Part shown: one piece after another, positions 1-9,249 of the stretch
How the letters are laid out: each line of letters starts with the position of its first letter
Numbering within the stretch: the stretch's first letter is position 1
Origin: Candidatus Thorarchaeota archaeon
Lineage (GTDB): Archaea > Asgardarchaeota > Thorarchaeia > Thorarchaeales > Thorarchaeaceae
Assembly (NCBI GenBank): GCA_016840855.1
Contig: JAEORO010000075.1
Location: 1 to 29,004 of the forward strand
Direction of reading: 5' to 3'
DNA length: 29,004 nt
The notes under the pieces: model-generated
Seen by the model: only the letters and a program-made list of their open reading frames with translations
Told to the model about the DNA's origin: nothing
The model's database searches: none
Program-made: the position numbers and the translations under genes

Positions 1-104
1 AGAATCCACATCCAACACTCACAACATCGAGCACAGCAACCTTTCTCCTTAGGTGGAGGAGGTTGTTGATAGCCATAATCTCCAGGCATTGGGATCTCAG
101 TCAT
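1..104 (-). CDS. Partial (5' end only) Pro/Gln- then Cys-rich protein, CYSTM-like N-terminus
   Basis: Manual translation from ATG at 104: MTEIPMPGDYGYQQPPPPKEKGCCARCCECWMWI..., open to the window edge. SD-like GAGTGA lies just upstream. Not in the ORF track. Confidence 0.7.
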   Translation of the reverse strand, partial: MTEIPMPGDYGYQQPPPPKEKGCCARCCECWMWI

Positions 105-260
105 TTTAATCACTCAAGATGGTAACAGGTACTTGATGATACTGGGCAATCTGCTTATGAGGATTATCAGTTTATAGGCGCAGAGGTTTTAAGGGCTCAA
201 ATAGTAGGTTCGTTACGAATTGTGACAGATTCGTAGGCACGCGAATAGAGGTTAGGTGTT

Positions 261-1739
261 TTGACAGAGGAGAACAAAGTCTACACCATTTTCGACAGAC
301 CATGGGGACTCCGGATGATAGGTGTCACCCAGATGACGTTCGGAATATTCGGTCTTCTTGCTTCTATTGGGATATTCATAGCTACAATTTTAGAAGCTTT
401 AGGATCAATAGGTTATGTATACGCATTATTACTGTTCGGAGGCGTTGCGTTCCCATGTCTTGTCATTGGGAATTATGTCGATGATCTCAGAAGATGGGCA
501 GTCGCTGCTCAAATTCTCTATAGTCTAATCGCAGTTAGTCTGTGTGCTTATTTCCTATATGTGCAAGGCTTATCCTATTATTGGAGTTTTCCAATATTTG
601 GTATACCAGACTTTGGTATAGCTATCGGTAATATTGCAGCATTCATTGTTATTACTCAGACTTTGATAGTTCTTTACTTACTTTTCCGGTGGAGTGCAGT
701 TGTACCTCCGCCTGGAGTGTCAGTTGAAAGGGACAGAAAAAGGGCTAGATTAATTGAATCTGGATTGATGCCATCGCCATTAGAACCTTCATTGGTAGCA
801 CCAGATGGAGTAACAGCGCTCACTCCAGAGGAAGAACAGAAGATACTAGATATCAGAAAAGTTGTTACTGAGGAAGGGATGGCAATTCTTTGCTCCAATT
901 GCAATGGAGCAACACCCCTAACGAAAGTGGAGAAAAATAACACAGTCCATTGCGATTATTGTGGAGTCGTGCTAGGTGTAAGTAGTGTGTTCGTGCCCTG
1001 TAAGAACCATAATGAGTATCTTGCAGCAACAACCTGTAATGTGTGTGGGGAGCACTTTTGTAGACAATGCTTGACAGTTCAAGAACCTCCAGTTGATGAA
1101 AAATGGGAAGGATCAGCAGTCTATCTTTGTAGAAAGTGCTTCGAGGGACGATACCGTCCAGCAGTAACAACAGCATCCTTGGTAATACCAATCGATCAAT
1201 TGTTCTCAACTGCTGGTAGTAGATTCTCAAAAGTAGGACAGATGTATAGCAGTTTCCTAGGGGCTTATGGAAATGGGATGAAGCATCTCTGGAGACTACC
1301 ACTTGAGCTTCTTGCGAGCATTGGTAAGTCTGGAGGTGGCGGAAATGATAATTGTGTAGGAGCATTGCTTTTGATCGTCATCATAATTATCGCGATTCCG
1401 ATTATTGCCGGGGTTCTCATGCTGCTGGGTGCTATCATAATTATACCAATATTGTTCTATGCTGGACTTATTGCTGTAACAGTAGAAGCAGTCAAAATAA
1501 TCAGTAGAACTGATTTCATTTCAGTTGACAATGCTCGAGTGAAGAGCATTCACTCCCGCCGCAAACCGAAGGTCATTGAATCAAAACTCCGACCATCAGT
1601 GCGTGTTTGGGATAATGAGTTTAGAAGAGCATCAATTGACCAACAGAGAATAAGACAGAAGTATGAAGAAGAACGGCGAAGACGTGAGAGATTTAGACAA
1701 GCCAGATCTGATTCATTCTGGAGGTCTAATTATGACTGA
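261..1739 (+). CDS. Membrane protein: ~4 TM, zinc ribbon + B-box-like zinc finger, long hydrophobic segment, Arg-rich tail
   Basis: 492 aa, TTG start after GAGG/AGGTG. Ribbon CSNC...CDYC. B-box-like CKNH-x7-CNVC-x4-CRQC...CRKC. N- and C-terminal hydrophobic segments. Confidence 0.85.
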   Translation: MTEENKVYTIFDRPWGLRMIGVTQMTFGIFGLLASIGIFIATILEALGSIGYVYALLLFGGVAFPCLVIGNYVDDLRRWAVAAQILYSLIAVSLCAYFLYVQGLSYYWSFPIFGIPDFGIAIGNIAAFIVITQTLIVLYLLFRWSAVVPPPGVSVERDRKRARLIESGLMPSPLEPSLVAPDGVTALTPEEEQKILDIRKVVTEEGMAILCSNCNGATPLTKVEKNNTVHCDYCGVVLGVSSVFVPCKNHNEYLAATTCNVCGEHFCRQCLTVQEPPVDEKWEGSAVYLCRKCFEGRYRPAVTTASLVIPIDQLFSTAGSRFSKVGQMYSSFLGAYGNGMKHLWRLPLELLASIGKSGGGGNDNCVGALLLIVIIIIAIPIIAGVLMLLGAIIIIPILFYAGLIAVTVEAVKIISRTDFISVDNARVKSIHSRRKPKVIESKLRPSVRVWDNEFRRASIDQQRIRQKYEEERRRRERFRQARSDSFWRSNYD

Positions 1740-2583
1740 AGTTGCACAAGAACAAATCATGTGTCCTGTTTGTGGTGGACCAGTCAAGGTTGACCTTAAG
1801 GACAAGGTCAATCGATGTGAGTACTGTGCAAGTCCAGTCCTTGGACCAAGTCAGAGTAGAGATTGTGTCAATCATCCAAAGATCCTGGCAAAAGAAGTAT
1901 GTCACGTTTGTGGAGATTTAGTATGCGAGGACTGTATGCAAAAGCGAGTTGGAGAGTATGGAGGGAAATTACTCACAATCGTAAACTGTGAGAAGCCAAC
2001 TTGTATTGCAGAGAGCGAGTGGGCAAAACCATTGAATGAGGAGTATCAGAAACTTATCAACATGGATTGGGCTGATAGAATTGACAATATTATTCTCCGC
2101 GTAACTGGTCTGGGAGCTGTCATCATGATGATTTTCGAGCTCATTTTCTTTCTTGGAGTGATGTTCTTTCAATTCCTCACCCCCTGGAGCATTCCTCCAA
2201 TCTCTGTGAGAATCTCATCTTCGATTGTCATTGGAGATATCATAATGATCCCCGCAACGATTCTAGTACTTAGTATACTTGGTAATTTACTATCAGCAAT
2301 TCTGTTACAATCAGCTCTACAAGTATACGTGCATGATAGACAACTCGGAGCTGGTATCACTCTGTTAGTGATAATTGTGATTGAGGTGGCTTATCTGTTG
2401 TTCAGAGGATTGTACTTTGGCCTTTTGACGCTACCAAATCCATATTTCCTCCCAATCATGATTGCAGCATTTCTATTTGGAACGATTCTTGTCTTCGTAG
2501 GATCATTAATGGCAATTTATGTAGGTAACAAGAAACGAGTCCAGTTCAAGAATGCACGAGAGAAACTTCATCTTTCTACATAA
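1732..2583 (+). CDS. Membrane protein: N-terminal zinc ribbon + B-box-like finger followed by ~4 TM
   Basis: Start revised from 1663 to ATG 1732 (SD GGAGGT at 1720-1725; 8-bp overlap with the upstream gene). CPVC...CEYC, then CVNH-x7-CHVC-x4-CEDC...CEKPTC, then four hydrophobic helices. Confidence 0.85.
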   Translation: MTEVAQEQIMCPVCGGPVKVDLKDKVNRCEYCASPVLGPSQSRDCVNHPKILAKEVCHVCGDLVCEDCMQKRVGEYGGKLLTIVNCEKPTCIAESEWAKPLNEEYQKLINMDWADRIDNIILRVTGLGAVIMMIFELIFFLGVMFFQFLTPWSIPPISVRISSSIVIGDIIMIPATILVLSILGNLLSAILLQSALQVYVHDRQLGAGITLLVIIVIEVAYLLFRGLYFGLLTLPNPYFLPIMIAAFLFGTILVFVGSLMAIYVGNKKRVQFKNAREKLHLST

Positions 2584-2622
2584 TTCGATATGGTAAGACT
2601 TGAAGGAAGATTATGAAGCAAA

Positions 2623-4377
2623 TCAGTCTGGCACCTCAAACAGATCAATCAGTCTGAATCTGTCAACATCAACTAGTCCTAAATCAGTAATCTTGAGCTT
2701 AGGAATCACTGGGAGGGAGAGAAAGGCCATTGCCATGAAAGGCTCTGCTAAGGGAGTACCTAGCTCATGTGCTGCGTTCTTCAAATCTGTGAGTCTCTGA
2801 CTTACATGTTCTATGGGTTGGTCAGACATCAATCCTGCAATAGGTAACGGCAACGACTCAATCATCTTTCCATCCTTCGCAAGTGCAATTCCTCCCTGCA
2901 TCCTAACGATTTGAATTGCAGCGTGGATGAGATCTTTATCATTAGTAGCGACAGCTACGATATTATGTGAATCATGGGCAATGGATGAAACCATGGCACC
3001 TTCTTTAATGCCCATTCCTTTAACAAATCCAACCGCTCTTGGTTCAGATGCATTATGTCGTTCAATTATAACTACCTTAGAAATGTCCCGATCAATATCT
3101 GGTACGACTAGTCCATCTTTCACCTTAGGTTCTTCTATCAAACGTTCTGTGATGATTTGGTCAGGAATCATACCAATTACATTCATCCTTTCTCCTCGTA
3201 CCTTCACCTGAAAGTCTTCTGGTTCAAGGTAGTGGATGTTGACAGAACGCCTCAACCGCGGTGGCTTTTCGATCCCAAAATCCTCCACCATACTACCGTT
3301 CTTCGCAACGAGAACACCTTGTTTGTAGACAAGTTCTACATTGATTTTTTCAATGGAATCTAAAACGACAAGGTCAGCGAGATATCCTGGTGCGACAGCT
3401 CCAATATACTGAAGCCCATAATGTCTCGCAGGTGAGAGTGTAGCTACTTTTATTGCTAGAACTGGGTCAACACCCAACCCAATTGCATCACGAACCATGC
3501 TATCGATGTGACCTTTTGTCACCAAATCGAGAGTATTTCTATCATCAGTAACAAAACTACAAAACTCTGCAGTATGTGGTTGAATTAGTGAAGCCAGCGC
3601 ATTCAGATTCTTTGCAGTAGAACCTTCACGAATGTGGATGTGCATTCCTCGAGAGAGTTTCCTCTTTGCTTCTTCAATATCAACACATTCATGTTCAGAT
3701 GTGATTCTTGCAGCTGCATATGCATTAAGATCCAAGCCTTTTAGTGCAGGTGCATGACCATCAATGCGTTTGCCCATACTAAGGGCGACTTGTATTTTCT
3801 CCAGTATCGAGGGATCCCTATAGATGACACCAGGGTAGTTCATTGCTTCGGCGAGTCCTAACACATAATGTTCAGTCATTAGTGGTTTGATGTCAAGAAA
3901 ATCAAGAGCTACGCCATTAGTTTCAAGGTCGGTTGATGGCACACAGGACGGTAGCATCATATAGAACTCGAGAGGACCACCACGCATGCTTTTACTCATG
4001 TAGAGTATTCCTTCCATTCCCAGTACATTTGCTATCTCATGGGGATCTGCAACAACAGCACCAGTTCCATGAGGCACAACAGCTCTCGCGTACTGGATTG
4101 GCATCACCATAGAAGACTCAACATGTACATGACCATCGATGAACGAGGAACATACATATTTTCCCTCTAAGTCAACAACCTCATTTCCGACATATTCCCC
4201 AATCCCTGCAATATATGACCCATGAATTGCAATATCACCTGCAACTATTTCCCCAGTGAAGACATTCACTACATTAGCGTTCTTTAGTACTAAGTCTGCG
4301 CGTGTCCTTCCTGAGGCTACATCTATCATCTGATCAAGTGGGTAGTCTTCAGAACGTGATAGAAACATCTCTCTCAC
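2623..4377 (-). CDS. ade: Adenine deaminase (amidohydrolase superfamily)
   Basis: 584 aa. Motifs IDGHVHVESSM, DPHEIANVLG, GLAEAMNYPGV, IDGHAP, HEC, IREGSTAKNL, VTDD and SIAHDSHN are typical of Ade. Confidence 0.96.
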   Translation of the reverse strand: MREMFLSRSEDYPLDQMIDVASGRTRADLVLKNANVVNVFTGEIVAGDIAIHGSYIAGIGEYVGNEVVDLEGKYVCSSFIDGHVHVESSMVMPIQYARAVVPHGTGAVVADPHEIANVLGMEGILYMSKSMRGGPLEFYMMLPSCVPSTDLETNGVALDFLDIKPLMTEHYVLGLAEAMNYPGVIYRDPSILEKIQVALSMGKRIDGHAPALKGLDLNAYAAARITSEHECVDIEEAKRKLSRGMHIHIREGSTAKNLNALASLIQPHTAEFCSFVTDDRNTLDLVTKGHIDSMVRDAIGLGVDPVLAIKVATLSPARHYGLQYIGAVAPGYLADLVVLDSIEKINVELVYKQGVLVAKNGSMVEDFGIEKPPRLRRSVNIHYLEPEDFQVKVRGERMNVIGMIPDQIITERLIEEPKVKDGLVVPDIDRDISKVVIIERHNASEPRAVGFVKGMGIKEGAMVSSIAHDSHNIVAVATNDKDLIHAAIQIVRMQGGIALAKDGKMIESLPLPIAGLMSDQPIEHVSQRLTDLKNAAHELGTPLAEPFMAMAFLSLPVIPKLKITDLGLVDVDRFRLIDLFEVPD

Positions 4378-4422
4378 TCCATATGCCCTATGCGTCGGTA
4401 ATGAAAAGGGTTTCCTATGAAC

Positions 4423-5181
4423 TCACTTTGTAGCAACTACAACAAGTCTCGTTGCTTCATTATCATAGTTTCTACCATCAAGCCCACCATAAACCCTGAC
4501 ACTAGAGAATCCGACATCTTCAAGCATTTTTTTGATTTCAGTTCCTGAATATATCCAGTGGGTTACATCCCATCTGTGGACAATGCCATTCCGTTCAATG
4601 AAAATCCACGTATTATGCATCTTACTCCAATTTTCAATAGCTTGCCTTTCCTCAAGCATAAAACCGTGTGGCCATTCTGACCAGCTCTGTCGCAGGAATA
4701 TTCTAGAAAGTATTTCCTTTCCTGTAGTTTCAAGGATGAATCTTCCACCAGCTCGAAGTGAGGAATAGATATTTCGAAGAACATGCACCTGTTCTTCATG
4801 ATCTTCAAAGTAACTAAAAGACGTGAACATGCTCAATACTATATCGAAAGAATTCTTTCGATGGAATGTTCGCATATCATCAAGGACAAATTCGATGTGG
4901 AGATTCTCCTCCTCAGCGGCTTTCTTTGCTCTTACAAGATATGGTTTAGTCCTATCAACCCCAACTACATTGTGCCCTCTGCGAGCAAATTCTAATGAAT
5001 GGCGACCAATACCACAACAAAGGTCCAGAATTGTTTCATCGTTCTGAATCTTGCATAGAGATTTGATAGCATCAACTTCATCTGTGGTGAAAGCTATTCT
5101 AGCTTCCGTGAACATCACTGGTTCCATGATTTCCCATAACTTATCATCCTCGTACCAACTGATGGAAGTATCGTCTGTCAT
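4423..5181 (-). CDS. Class I SAM-dependent methyltransferase
   Basis: Motif I ILDLCCGIGRH, then GVD, DMR, FD..LSMFTSFSYF and L.AGGRFILE. Confidence 0.92.
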   Translation of the reverse strand: MTDDTSISWYEDDKLWEIMEPVMFTEARIAFTTDEVDAIKSLCKIQNDETILDLCCGIGRHSLEFARRGHNVVGVDRTKPYLVRAKKAAEEENLHIEFVLDDMRTFHRKNSFDIVLSMFTSFSYFEDHEEQVHVLRNIYSSLRAGGRFILETTGKEILSRIFLRQSWSEWPHGFMLEERQAIENWSKMHNTWIFIERNGIVHRWDVTHWIYSGTEIKKMLEDVGFSSVRVYGGLDGRNYDNEATRLVVVATK

Positions 5182-5249
5182 TGCTCCAAGTCACCAGTTT
5201 GAAGTCTTCATTACTTCAATATGAACTAATGGACAAAAGGGTTTACCTT

Positions 5250-5293
5250 AAAAAAAGAGAGAATCATCGGTCTCTCTCATTTTGAGACCGATG
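5250..5293 (-). terminator. Hairpin plus T-tract terminator of the 772-aa surface-protein gene
   Basis: Perfect 10-bp stem CATCGGTCTC (5265-5274) / GAGACCGATG (5284-5293), followed on the minus strand by a pyrimidine run ending in T7 (5256-5250), just after the stop at 5304. Confidence 0.75.
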
Positions 5294-5303
5294 TTCAGAA
5301 TTC

Positions 5304-7622
5304 CTATTTCTTGAATTTCTTAACATAGACTATGTAGACAACAACTATGACTCCAACTCCAACTGCAGCTGGAATAGCAATTGCGCCTAGCAATGCAAGG
5401 ATGTCCGGACCAAGAGGAGTGATTTGTTCAACAGCCAAATGATGGGTGTCCATAGGTGTTATCTTCACCCAGAGTTTTCCATCAGCCACTTGATCACGTG
5501 TTACCTGTAGCTCCAAGAATGTTACATGAGAGATGGCACCGAACTGGAATCCCAAATCACTCGTTGAACCAATTATGTAGTCATTAAGATCACTCCAACC
5601 CATCCAGTGGGCTCGACCATCAACAAGACTATATAACTCTGCACTGAAGCCTGAAGCATCTGCAGTTAGTATTGACACATTGTACCAAGTCCCTGGTGTT
5701 GTGTTCAGCATTAGTCCATGACTTTCTACTGGACGTCCTGGGAGTGGCAATGAGAAGTTGTACAACGCCGTAGCACTGACATCGAGGTTTTGAATATTGA
5801 TGTAAAGGTCATTTGTTCTATCGGTCCACTGCATGGTAAAGTTCACAGTATAGTCATGGTAGTTATTAGATGCTCCTTGTGTATTGTTAGCGACATTATA
5901 CGCGCAGATTCCAACAATTGCTGGGCCGTTGTACCATTGTTGTCCCATATAGTTGAATGTGTCATTGTTCCAGATAGAGGGATGCGGCAAAATCTGAGAA
6001 CCATCCCAGCGGTTTGCAAGATTTGTGCTGGTGGTGTACAAAACGTTGCCAGAGGTGTCAGAGATTGAAACTTCAACACCGACGGTGATATTGTCAGGAT
6101 TGGTTAGAATCAATGTCAAATTGTACAAGTGGAAGAATGTTGTATCAACGAAGAATCCGCCAACATCATTGAACCCAGCAGATGTCGCGTCGACGACTGG
6201 GCCCAGGTTAAACTCGACCCACTCATTTACATTGTTTGCAATCGACATCTCGATGAAGTATTCGCCCGCTGGCAGATAGTACTCATTTGCAGGTGCAAGA
6301 GTACTAGCAAAAGAGAGTCCCCAATCATTCCTATAACCATCCTCATAGACACCCGTCAGATAGACAGATAGTTCACCACCAGTCGCTGTGGAATTCACTC
6401 GCAAAATGGAGGGTTCATCAAGATCTAGTGTATAGGCTCGAGAAACTCTTCCACCAATGTAGTTCTCAAACTGGAACTCATGGTTTAACGGGATAGCTCC
6501 TTGACTGTTGGTTTGATGGTACAATGTGTATGCAATGTTATCACCACCGATAACAGTCACATAGTATGGTCCACCTCTGAAGAAATATTCTCCAACAGAT
6601 GGTGTATAAACTGCATCTTGGTAACGCATTCCACCGTAATAGTAGTGTGACCACTCTGCGCTTGTGAACAGGATGGCGGCTGATTGAGTCGTCACAAAAG
6701 CCACCTCTGGGTAGTTGAAAGCATATGTCAAAGATGCAACGTCCCCAGGAGAGTCGACTTTGTAGGTATGAACTGTAGGTGCTAATTCTTGGTGGACCCA
6801 GCTGCCAGTGTCATCCCTTGAGATTAATTCTCCAGTCGGTAGCTCGCCAGTGACGATATTCTCAGCAGCGATTGACTGTGGTGAAACTGCAACAGGTAGG
6901 AAATCAAATAGAGCAAAGGTCCCTACCGATGTAAATGCTTGCAGAATGATATAATGAGTCATAGAAGGTGAAGGCTTGAATGGAAGGGTCCAGATATCAC
7001 CATCTGAACCACCATACTCAGTGATGTAACGACCTTCTTGATCATACACAAGTATGCTCCATGAAACACCATCCTGCCTACAATCAACAGTCAGATGAAC
7101 GAACTCTTCGTTACCGACACCCAGTGTGCCAAAATACGTGTATCCAGCATCAGCAAGCACTGGAGTGTGTTGTCCGAAAGCGAGTCCGAATGTTCGTGTT
7201 TCCAATGTGGTATTCACAACATGCTCGCTTCCATCAGATGCTTCAAAGTCGAAAAAGTCTGGCAGTAATGTCGGATTACCAAATGGACCAGTGCCCCACC
7301 CATTGAACGACATCCAATTGAAGGGTGGATTTGTACCGTCAGATAAGCTACCAGTACCTGGATTCCAGCCTGTGGCGTCATATCTATTTGCTCTATAATC
7401 CAGATCTTCATTCAGATGCATCGTGCTTCTTGAAACCCAAGCTAATGGATCTGGCTCAACATATATGTATGTATGATTGTTGGCGTCAGATCTAAAGCCT
7501 TGATTATATGATTCTATTTTGATATTTGTCTGAAGTGCGGATACCGGGGCGGCAAGTGCTCCGATGAGAAAGATCATCGAAATGGCTAACCCTAGTACCA
7601 TCTTCATTGAGACGTGCTTCAT
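5304..7622 (-). CDS. Secreted, C-terminally membrane-anchored beta-rich surface (glyco)protein
   Basis: 772 aa. Signal peptide (MKHVSMKMVLGLAISMIFLIGALAAPVSA), many N-x-S/T sequons, C-terminal TM plus KKFKK. SD GAGGTGAGGA. Confidence 0.85.
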   Translation of the reverse strand: MKHVSMKMVLGLAISMIFLIGALAAPVSALQTNIKIESYNQGFRSDANNHTYIYVEPDPLAWVSRSTMHLNEDLDYRANRYDATGWNPGTGSLSDGTNPPFNWMSFNGWGTGPFGNPTLLPDFFDFEASDGSEHVVNTTLETRTFGLAFGQHTPVLADAGYTYFGTLGVGNEEFVHLTVDCRQDGVSWSILVYDQEGRYITEYGGSDGDIWTLPFKPSPSMTHYIILQAFTSVGTFALFDFLPVAVSPQSIAAENIVTGELPTGELISRDDTGSWVHQELAPTVHTYKVDSPGDVASLTYAFNYPEVAFVTTQSAAILFTSAEWSHYYYGGMRYQDAVYTPSVGEYFFRGGPYYVTVIGGDNIAYTLYHQTNSQGAIPLNHEFQFENYIGGRVSRAYTLDLDEPSILRVNSTATGGELSVYLTGVYEDGYRNDWGLSFASTLAPANEYYLPAGEYFIEMSIANNVNEWVEFNLGPVVDATSAGFNDVGGFFVDTTFFHLYNLTLILTNPDNITVGVEVSISDTSGNVLYTTSTNLANRWDGSQILPHPSIWNNDTFNYMGQQWYNGPAIVGICAYNVANNTQGASNNYHDYTVNFTMQWTDRTNDLYINIQNLDVSATALYNFSLPLPGRPVESHGLMLNTTPGTWYNVSILTADASGFSAELYSLVDGRAHWMGWSDLNDYIIGSTSDLGFQFGAISHVTFLELQVTRDQVADGKLWVKITPMDTHHLAVEQITPLGPDILALLGAIAIPAAVGVGVIVVVYIVYVKKFKK

Positions 7623-7867
7623 GGCACATCCTCACCTCATAATTGTCTAGTTTCATTCTTTTATGAACTCATTTAGTTCAAACTATATCTAATAATTCAA
7701 TCCAAAAGATGATGCAAAGTAATTGCACCTCATGGAATCAGTTCTAAATGGTCGATTGGTTTCCTTCTATGCTTCATTATTGTTTTTCTATGCAATCACC
7801 TTTTATTCTAGCAATGTAGAGCGAAATATCAAGTATAATAATTCAGAGTTAGGAGTCCATCCAAAAA

Positions 7868-8494
7868 ATGCTGATTCGAAGAGACTCAAAGAGTATAGCG
7901 ATATTTGCAATCTTTACCTCAATTATCATTGCTCTTGAGGTGTTTCCCATCGTTGGGCTAACCGATCTCTATACACCTGTTCCCGGTTTTACTATTGATT
8001 GGACAGGCATTCCAATCATGATTATTTTTCTAGGACTTGGAATATTTCTTTCTGTCTTCTCAATCGGCATTATGTGGATCTCCATCGCATACAGGAACCC
8101 TACGGGTGCGGCGTTCAAAGGTCTCTCAGAGCTTTTTACTTTGTTAGGCTTGATTGTTGCAAAACTAGCAATGAGAAATCGCGATATCGATTGGAAATGG
8201 GCTACTGCAGTGTATCTACTATCAGGGTGCGCTTTCCGCTCGATAGGGATGTACTTTGGTAATATTTTGTTGTTTACAGTTTTTGGATACTGGCCTTTTG
8301 AAACTGCAATTGTAATTTCAGTTGCCTATATTCCTTGGAATATTCTTCAAGCTACAATCAACGTGCTTGGTGGCATTCTTCTCTATAGAATGATTCCTGA
8401 GAGCCTCGCCATGCAAGCAGGCTTAGGAAAATATTGGTCAATGAAATCAGACAAGTACGAAGAGATATCACCAGATGAGCTTGAGGAAAAATGA
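7868..8494 (+). CDS. ECF transporter S-component-like membrane protein
   Basis: 208 aa, ~6 TM. The N-terminal IAIFAIFTSIIIALE, the IDWTGIP motif and the C-terminal IPWNILQATIN pattern resemble archaeal S components. Substrate unknown. Confidence 0.75.
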   Translation: MLIRRDSKSIAIFAIFTSIIIALEVFPIVGLTDLYTPVPGFTIDWTGIPIMIIFLGLGIFLSVFSIGIMWISIAYRNPTGAAFKGLSELFTLLGLIVAKLAMRNRDIDWKWATAVYLLSGCAFRSIGMYFGNILLFTVFGYWPFETAIVISVAYIPWNILQATINVLGGILLYRMIPESLAMQAGLGKYWSMKSDKYEEISPDELEEK

Positions 8495-9249
8495 TGAATA
8501 TCAAAATTATCGAATTAATCCCTCTATTAGACTTCCCAATTGTTCGAGTCGGAGATAAGATTTCTGAACTGATTCTTTCAGCAATACAGAAAAACAAAAC
8601 AACACTCATCCTTGGTGACATCATTGTAGTGACTCATTCAATTATTTCAATCGCAGAAGGAAAATTATACAATATTGATGAAATCAATGTTTCAGATAGA
8701 GCGCTCGAGATTGCAGAAAAATTTGGACAATTACCAGAAAAAGTGGAAGCAGCATTGCTCGAAGCAGGTGAAGTCCTTAGTGAGGATCCTGTTTTTATCA
8801 CTAGAACTAGGCAAGGAATCATAACAGATTTTTCAGGCATAGATGAAAGTAATGCCCCTCAAGACACACTCATTGCACTTCCTGATAATCCCGATGATTC
8901 AGCAAAAATGATTAGTGATTCACTAACTGAATCAAACGGGTTTAGAATACCTGTCATAATAACTGATACTCATGGTAGACCTTGGAGGAAGGGTGCAGTC
9001 AATATAGCTATTGGAATCGCAGGTATGTCACCTTATACTCATAATGCTGGGAAAGCAGACATCTTTGGACATGAGCTACATAGCTCACTTGTGTGTGTAG
9101 CTGATGAAATAGCAAGTTCAGCTGAGCTTGTAATGGGACAAGCAAATGAAGGTGTTCCAGTAGTTGTCGTTCGGGGTATAGAGTTCAAAGAGGATAATGG
9201 TTCAGCTTCTCAGATTATTCGTCCAAATTCTGAGAACCTCTTTTCTTAG
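8491..9249 (+). CDS. cofE: Coenzyme F420-0:gamma-glutamyl ligase
   Basis: 252 aa. Motifs GIDESN, LPDNPD.SA, IITDTHGRPWRKG, DIFGHEL and ADEIASSAELVMGQANEGVPVVVVRG. Overlaps the upstream gene (ATGA). Confidence 0.9.
   Translation: MMNIKIIELIPLLDFPIVRVGDKISELILSAIQKNKTTLILGDIIVVTHSIISIAEGKLYNIDEINVSDRALEIAEKFGQLPEKVEAALLEAGEVLSEDPVFITRTRQGIITDFSGIDESNAPQDTLIALPDNPDDSAKMISDSLTESNGFRIPVIITDTHGRPWRKGAVNIAIGIAGMSPYTHNAGKADIFGHELHSSLVCVADEIASSAELVMGQANEGVPVVVVRGIEFKEDNGSASQIIRPNSENLFS

Noticed and set aside
1663-1731. Track start for the second B-box gene
   Set aside because: It overlaps the upstream gene by 77 bp. ATG 1732 has a GGAGGT SD and a typical short overlap.
4404-5244. Shared AAAAGGGTTT at 4404-4413 and 5235-5244
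   Set aside because: On the minus strand it sits upstream of ade and the methyltransferase and is adequately explained as BRE/TATA-like promoter sequence.
7723-7938. 71-aa ORF in the divergent promoter region
   Set aside because: AT-rich, TTG start, overlaps the S-component gene out of frame, and has no motif.
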